Assembly (NCBI GenBank): GCA_965637545.1
Contig: OZ281499.1
Coordinates: 14,074,001 to 14,138,000, forward strand
Length of the DNA stretch: 64,000 bases
Reading direction: 5' to 3'
DNA from: Phallusia mammillata
Lineage: Eukaryota
Below the pieces are notes generated by a model. The model had not been told where the DNA came from and made no database searches. It saw only the letters and a list, made by a program, of their open reading frames with translations. The stretch's first letter is position 1. Every line of letters starts with the position of its first letter. Made by a program: the position numbers and the translations under genes. Positions 57,743 to 64,000 of this stretch are shown here, piece by piece.

Positions 57743-60700
57743 TTAGGGACAAATGAACCTTTTGTCTGAAATAGGACACTGCGAAATGTCAAAGCAACTG
57801 GTGTGAAAACCTTGTTTACATCTCATACATGTAATCCAGTCACTTTTCGCCATGCCGATAGTTTTTACATGTTTGTCAGTCCCACACATTTTACATTGAT
57901 CTCTCTCTAGTTTGCCTTGAAGGCAGTTACCAGATATAAGGTTAATATCACACACCAATCACCAATTGGTTTTGAATGTCAACTGCCAAAAGAATCCAAT
58001 GGCGGTGTGAAGGGTTCCATGGAATAAAAATAAGCTTTTTATCGATTAGAGACATATCATGCCAAAGCTTTCCAATAGGTCTCATATTTTCCAGGAGTTG
58101 TGCCATCATAGTACAAACATACAATGTATGGTTGTTGGCAGACACTATTTGCCACAAATAGCTGTCAATTACATCGCCAAACAGCCATCCAACTACAAAG
58201 TGTTTGTCAAATATTTTTAAAAGTTGTTCTTCAAGTTTTGGTAAAGTTTGTTCCAGTGACTTTAACTCCAAAATTGAAAGCGAATGATGTCCATTTACTA
58301 AAATCTTTTCATTGACTTTGTACCTGTTAAGGCTGTCCAAACTAGGTGTAAAACATTTTGACCCTGTTGACAAATTGACCGTTCCAGAAGTTTCGTTGTA
58401 TACTGGGGACGGCAAAGTAGTCACTTGGTGCAGTTGCTGCATAGTATTTGCAAAAGCTCCCACTCTTGATGTAAATGGGTTTGTCTTTGGTCGTTTACGG
58501 GGAAGCTCATCACCACTATTAGACAAAGGCATCTTTCTTTTTGTTGCACCAAACTTTTGTTCTGAAATTTGGGAAATTCTTACATGTTTTTAATGTCACT
58601 TAACAAATCATTAAATTTCTTTTTTTTTTAAATTACAAATCATAAAAGTATTTGTGGGTGACTTTTTAAATGTCTCTGAAGACAGTAAATAAGTTTCAGG
58701 AACATCAGAGATGCAATTACTTGCTATAGCTTCTTCATCTGATTTTGTTGCACTTATATAGTTCACAACATTTGGATCCAACACCATGTGAACAGAGTTG
58801 TGATACCATTCTGGTAAGCTGGACCAATCAACATCATCATACTTGTTAAACACAGCAAACATGTGCTTGCATGGCAAGAAGTGTCGTGTAAAATCTGCAC
58901 ATGTGCATTTGGGAAATTCATCCCTTGATCCAAATTGAACGGTGTATATTTGGTTAGTAGAATCACTTTTAACTTTTTTGATAAAGTACTTCTGAAGTTT
59001 AACATTATCTAACCAAAATACACTGCACTGAAAATTTGTTAATGCTGTTTGATAACTTTGCTCGCTTTCAGCACTTGCTATAGCTCTCATAAATGCTAAA
59101 ACTTCATCTTTGTTATCTCGAACTCCATTTTCTGACTTTTTCACCCAGCGCTCCCATACTTGCTCACGATGAAAGTCGCAAATTAATACATTGCAATTTA
59201 CAAAAGTATTAAATTAATACCTTATTCTTGTCACTAAAAATGTATATACCCCCATGTTCAGCAATAGAAAGACATATAATTGTGCTTACCTGAAAATACA
59301 CTTTCAATGGCATGTATTTCAGCATCACATTTGTCTGTCATGAAAAATGAAGGTTTCCAGGCAAGTGTCCATTTTTAAAAAATTGAAAGAGCTTCTTCAA
59401 TATTGATTTGCCTTTCATTTTAAGTGATAAAACTTGCAACAACCTGGTAGTTTACGTTTGTCTTAACACACAAAAAAAATAAGGGCAGAGCATACTTCCG
59501 ATGTTTTATAAGTGGCATCAAGTAACGAAATGTCTTGCCCATAACGAAGTAGAAGTTTGCGCTGCCAATGAAATTAATGGACAAATAGCATGGTTTGTTC
59601 GGAAGCAATTACAGGAGCTGTTATTTCATCGGTAAGATCTCAAGAAGTGTTTTGGTAGAACTGGAAAATGGCCGAGAAAAGATTTTGTCTTCTGGATCAC
59701 CAGCCTTGACCCACTCATCAACCAAACATTGGACATTTGTCTGATCCATTTTTGCAAGCTTACGTTTTAAAAATGACCTGTAGAAGTGACTCTCAACATC
59801 CTTTCTTGTTGGAAAAAATCTCCGGTTTGTGCTTGATGGTACATCATCATTTTTAAACAGCTCATGTATCACAAATGATTTTAAGCCTCTCATAATCTCC
59901 CCAATATTACACACACCTTCATTCACCATTTCATCAATTTTTGTAATGATTCGTTTGTCAACCATTTGAAGAAATCCTGCTGACTAACCCCTGGCACTGT
60001 GGTTTTTTTCATGGCACGCCAACCAATTTGCGCGTTTATATTAAAGTAACAATTTATCCGGTTACACTGCTTGTTTTCAGTTTTTATCATGCCATTGTCT
60101 TAAAATTCATCCTTACATGCACAAAACACACTGCTTTCTCTTTATCATCAATATTTGTTGGCACGAATCACTATAATTTAGAAAAACGTTGGCACGCGAG
60201 GTCATTAACACATGGAAATAACAAGTAAATTGGCACGCGTCGCCTAAAAGGATGCCGACCCCTGCAATACGATATCCAACAAATTGCAAGTTTTTTTTGT
60301 TTAATTTTGATTTTTGTGTTTGGAAAACATACTTCTCCAATAACATGGCCAACATGACCGTCGCTGCTTGGAAAGGCAATACTACAGGCACGTTCCTTCA
60401 ACAGAGACTCATCACTATCTTTTAAAGCCTTGCGAATAAATTTAGCTGATTTTTTCCTTTGGTGTTCTGATCTGGTGACTTCCTGATATTAAACAAAGCA
60501 AAAAATAAAATTTGTCATACTGATAAAGCATTAATATACTTACACAAAATTGGGGAAATCTCAGCACTTCCTGTATAAATATTTTTGCTTCGCAATTGCA
60601 TTTTTTTGTACCTTGAATACACATCTTTTTTTGGCAGGATTAGGATGGTCAAGTAACTATAAATGGCGACAATGCTATTTTAAAAACCTTGCTTGTAGAT

Positions 60701-60830
60701 TGAGCCATGAGACACCATTATACCGGATTGGGAATGCATGGCTTGCGTTTATCATTTCCTTCTTTGTTGTAATCTTTGCCATGTTGGCACTCCAGCCACA
60801 CACTTTGTACAATAACATATGGGACTAAAT
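57743..60830 (-). pseudogene. MULE transposase-fusion gene: CaRF-like domain, DDE core, SWIM, Ulp1-like, PHD; multi-exon, frameshifted
   Basis: WLECQHGKD, GTKKCNCEAKIFIQEVLRFP, HVGHVIGE, DKRIITKIDEMV...NRRFFP (CaRF-like); LLDATYKT..LPLFFLCVKTNVNYQVVASF, FMTDKCDAEIHAI, CDFHREQ (MULE); CTCADFTRHFLPCKH (SWIM); WLFGDVIDSYL..IPWNPSHRHWILLAVD (C48/Ulp1-like, partial); CKMC..WITCMRCKQGFHTSC..FICP (PHD). Confidence 0.8.
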
Positions 60831-60917
60831 CTTTTCCCCAGTGTACATTACCTTTTGAGATATCTGTGCATAAAAATGAAACATTACCACTTTTATACAT
60901 ATAAATATTTACTACTG

Positions 60918-61883
60918 CAGGGGTGGCCAACCCGCGGCTCGCGAGCCGCATGCGGCTCTTCGCCTGGTTTTATGCGGCTCTTAAGTTTTTGTCGAAGTTT
61001 GGAGCCATTGTGTATATTTGGGTAAGTATGTGGCGATCTGGTACAAAAATCGTTAAATTTAAAGTAAAGCTTTAACAATTTTGCTTTTGAACAAACTTAT
61101 TATCGGCATGGACACAAACCTTGCCTTAAAACTGTAACTTTATGTGGCAAACGGCTTGATTATGATGGCATATATTTAATTGTGAACAATGAATGGTTGC
61201 TCATTGTTGCGTACAATGCGAATGAGACACGAAGCAACAGCGATATTTACAACAAATGTGTTCCAAAGTAAATGCTTCAATCCGTTGTTTTTCGGGTTAT
61301 GACGAATGTTATATTTTATCGGTAGTTTGTGTTGGGTTTGAATTGAGCGATTGTGGGTGGTGAATGCATTAATGACGTCGCAATGAATTTAGTTTCGCCA
61401 CTTTGCACTTGGGGCACATGCGCGTTAGGTGTTTGGGGCGCGTGCGCGTTAGATGAAAATACCGCAAGTTTTTTCAGCAGGGAAAATCTTTTAAATAAAC
61501 AATTTTGGTCAAGTTAGCCTTCAAATTGGCAATGAAAAAATATTTTAGCAATTCACCAGAAATGAATCTCAAATGAAAAAAGGGGTATTTTAATTCATAT
61601 GTTTTTGTTTGATGGATTCTTTGAAATGAGAGTTTTGAGTGAGAGACAGTGTTTGCACTGACCATTTATTGTTGAAAATGACTGGCCCGTGGTCTGTACA
61701 AGTCAAATTGTGTCATTATTATGTTGGTGTGCGACATTTAGAATAGATCTGGCTAAGCACAGGTCTCCGTGTGTGAGGAAGGGACGAGTCATTTAACAAA
61801 TGTGCTTATGTGTATAATGTGGCTCTTTGTGGTAACACAATAAAAAATATGGCTCTTCGGCTTTGACCGGTTGGCCACCCCTG
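60918..61883. mobile_element. hAT MITE (966 bp)
   Basis: TIR CAGGGGTGGCCAACC, 8-bp TSD TACTACTG (60910-60917, 61884-61891). Confidence 0.92.
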
Positions 61884-61907
61884 TACTACTGCATTTCATA
61901 CTTAATC

Positions 61908-64000
61908 TGTTGACAAAATTATCAACAATAAACATACCATGGAACTTTTTTGAGTATTAAGCGTGTCCGGTTAAGAATGAGCCGTGACACGCCCAAACGA
62001 GACAGGTAAACACAACGCAGGAAAAAGGCAAAACGAGAAAAAAGGCGTTTCTTGCAAACGTAATGCGTGTCGTCACCACACAGCTCCCCCCAGAAACGAC
62101 TTTTAAATTTTACGAGGACGTCCCCGTTTTTTTATATTTGGGGTTGGCAAAGGCTGCGAAATATCAATTATTGCTGGCTTTAAACGGTCAATAGACACAG
62201 TTTGTTGCTTTCCCCGACATCTAAAACAAAATATTTTTCATTGCGCTGTCGAACCTTAAAAGGACCTTCATAAGGAGGATTTAGTGGAGGTTTGTAAGAG
62301 TCCTTACGAACGAAAACAAGTTGACACTGAATAACAATTGTGGTACAGAATGTTTAGGGTTACAATGGCGTGATGTTGGCACTGGTAGCAATCTCGACAG
62401 TGCCTTGCGCAACGTTCGCACATATTCGTTCGGCAGGGGTTCTTGGTGTGTAGGTGGAATGAAATCTTCTGGAATTGGTATGGTTGAGCCGTACACCAAT
62501 TCTGCACTGGAGGTCTTCAGATCTTCTTAGGGTGAAGTGCGTATACCCAAAAGCACCCATGGTAACTCGTCGCACCAATTTACGTCCTTAAGTCGTGCAA
62601 CTAATGCAGTCTTGAGGTGCCGGGGAAGCGTTCAACCAGGCCATTCGCCTGTGGGTGAAATGCGGTAGTGCATTGATGTTTGGTGCCCAACATTTGCTTC
62701 CACAGACTTCCTTCCACAGATTGGACGTAAATTGTGGTCCTCTGTCTGATGTGATAAGACTGGGAACTCCAAATCTGGCGATCCAGTGAAAAGCTATTGC
62801 CCTTGCACAACTAGCGGTTGTGGCTTCTGCCATTGGAACTGCCTCCGGCCATCGTGTATAGCGATCGACTATTGTAAATAGATACTTTGCACCTCGTGAT
62901 TCAGGCAAAGGGCCGACAATGTCTACATGTATGTGGCTGAATCGTATATTTGGAACAGCAAACTCTTCCAGTGGCGCCTTCATGTGACAATGAATTTTCG
63001 ACCTCTGGCATTCGATGCATTGCTGCGCCCATAAGCGAACTTCTTTGTTAATTCCATGCCATGCAAATTTGTCGGACATAATCTTCTGTGTAATACGCAC
63101 AGATGGGTGACATAATCCGTGTATAGCATTAAACACCTTTCGCTTCCAGCTTGAGGGGACTATTGGTCGGGGAGAACCGGTGGATATGTCACATAATACA
63201 ATAGTTTGCGAAGGACCAATGGAAACATCTTCTAAATCCAGCGATGTCACAGCTGTGCGATATGCTTCAACTTCGTCACAATGTTGAGCTTCTGCTAACT
63301 GATGGTAATCCAAATCGATTGTTTGTTGTCGGACTGATGCCATGTATGACCGAGAAAGGGCATCTGCTACGACGTTGTTCTTGCCTTTTGTGTGCTGCAC
63401 ATCAGTTGTATATTCAGAAATATTTGTCAAATGCCTTTGCTGTCGAGCTGACCAAGGTTCTGCGACTTTTTTAAAAGCAAATGTCAATGGTTTGTGGTCG
63501 GTGTATGCTGTGAATGCTCTTCCTTCCAAAAAATAGCGAAAGTGTCGAATTGCTAGATGCAAAGCAAGTAGTTCTCGGTCGAACGTACTGTATTTCTTTT
63601 CAGCTTGTCTTAATTGACGACTAAAAAACGCAAGAGGCTCCCAGGAGCCATTAACCTTTTGTTCTAGTACCCCGCCTACAGCATGATCGGATGCGTCCGT
63701 GGTTAATGACACAGGTGCTTGTGGCTGCGGGTGAACAAGTGTCACTGCTTTAGCTAAAGCATTTTTCGCCTCATCAAAACTAGACTGCAGTTCTTTTGTT
63801 TGGGCTTTTTTTATAGAGCTTTATAAATGGGTAGCATAATGCTTGCGGCCGAAGGAATAATGCGGTGGTAGAAATTTACCATTGCTGCAGACCTTTAATT
63901 GTGTTTGGGCGTTGAAAGCGTTGAATGGCTGCTACCTTGCTTGTCAGAGGTTTAGCTCCGTTTGCATCAATGTGATGACCAAGAAACTCAATGTGAGTTT
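61908..64000 (-). mobile_element. Gypsy LTR retrotransposon (CsRn1/Kabuki-type), 3' part; runs off the window
   Basis: PPT GGGGGGAG at 62091-62084, LTR starting TGTGGTGAC at 62080. The far LTR end near 61908 (TGTTGAC on plus) is tentative. Pol lies upstream. Confidence 0.85.
62140..64000 (-). pseudogene. Gypsy pol: RT end, RNase H and integrase; frameshifted
   Basis: FLGHHI; TDASDHAVGGVLEQ, EKKYSTFDRELLA, TDHKPL, NVVADALSR; HGLCHP...CIECQ; HVDIVGP, IVDRYTRWPEA, SDRGPQFTS, HPQANGLVER; VSIDRLKPA. Confidence 0.92.

Larger units (their letters stand above)
57428..61900 (-). mobile_element. Mutator-like (MULE) element with CaRF-like N-terminus, SWIM, Ulp1-like and PHD regions; degenerate
   Basis: Coding relics 57743-60830. 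Subterminal GGTTAACCAC...GCGTTCAAG repeats at ~57430-57620. The right end is obscured by a MITE and a Gypsy, so boundaries are approximate. Confidence 0.75.

Overview
AT-rich eukaryotic (animal) genomic DNA with short 60-80 nt GT-AG introns. A marine invertebrate such as a tunicate is a guess, not something the sequence proves. I found no recognisable conserved host gene. The window is almost entirely nested transposable elements: hAT (Buster/Charlie, GTF2IRD2/SPIN-like, ZBED/Ac-like, Hermes-like, many MITEs), PIF/Harbinger, a P-element (THAP9-like), EnSpm/CACTA, a Mutator-like element, Penelope-like retroelements, LINE fragments, a CsRn1-type Gypsy and non-autonomous LTR elements. Many insertions keep TIRs and TSDs, so insertion order can be read directly. 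Two elements look coding-intact: a hAT (14468-18017) and a two-gene Harbinger (43934-46936). The most unusual observations are: (i) a chain of about ten microexons at 56.3-57.3 kb in which a 108-bp exon+intron cassette is tandemly amplified; (ii) three hammerhead-ribozyme motifs, one in a 173-bp TSD-flanked insertion that folds back into a 61-bp perfect hairpin masking the ribozyme; (iii) a Mutator-like element with a CaRF-like/MULE/SWIM/Ulp1-like/PHD architecture; (iv) two non-autonomous LTR elements with a tRNA-Trp primer site. All alignments, splice models and folds were done by eye and need computational confirmation.
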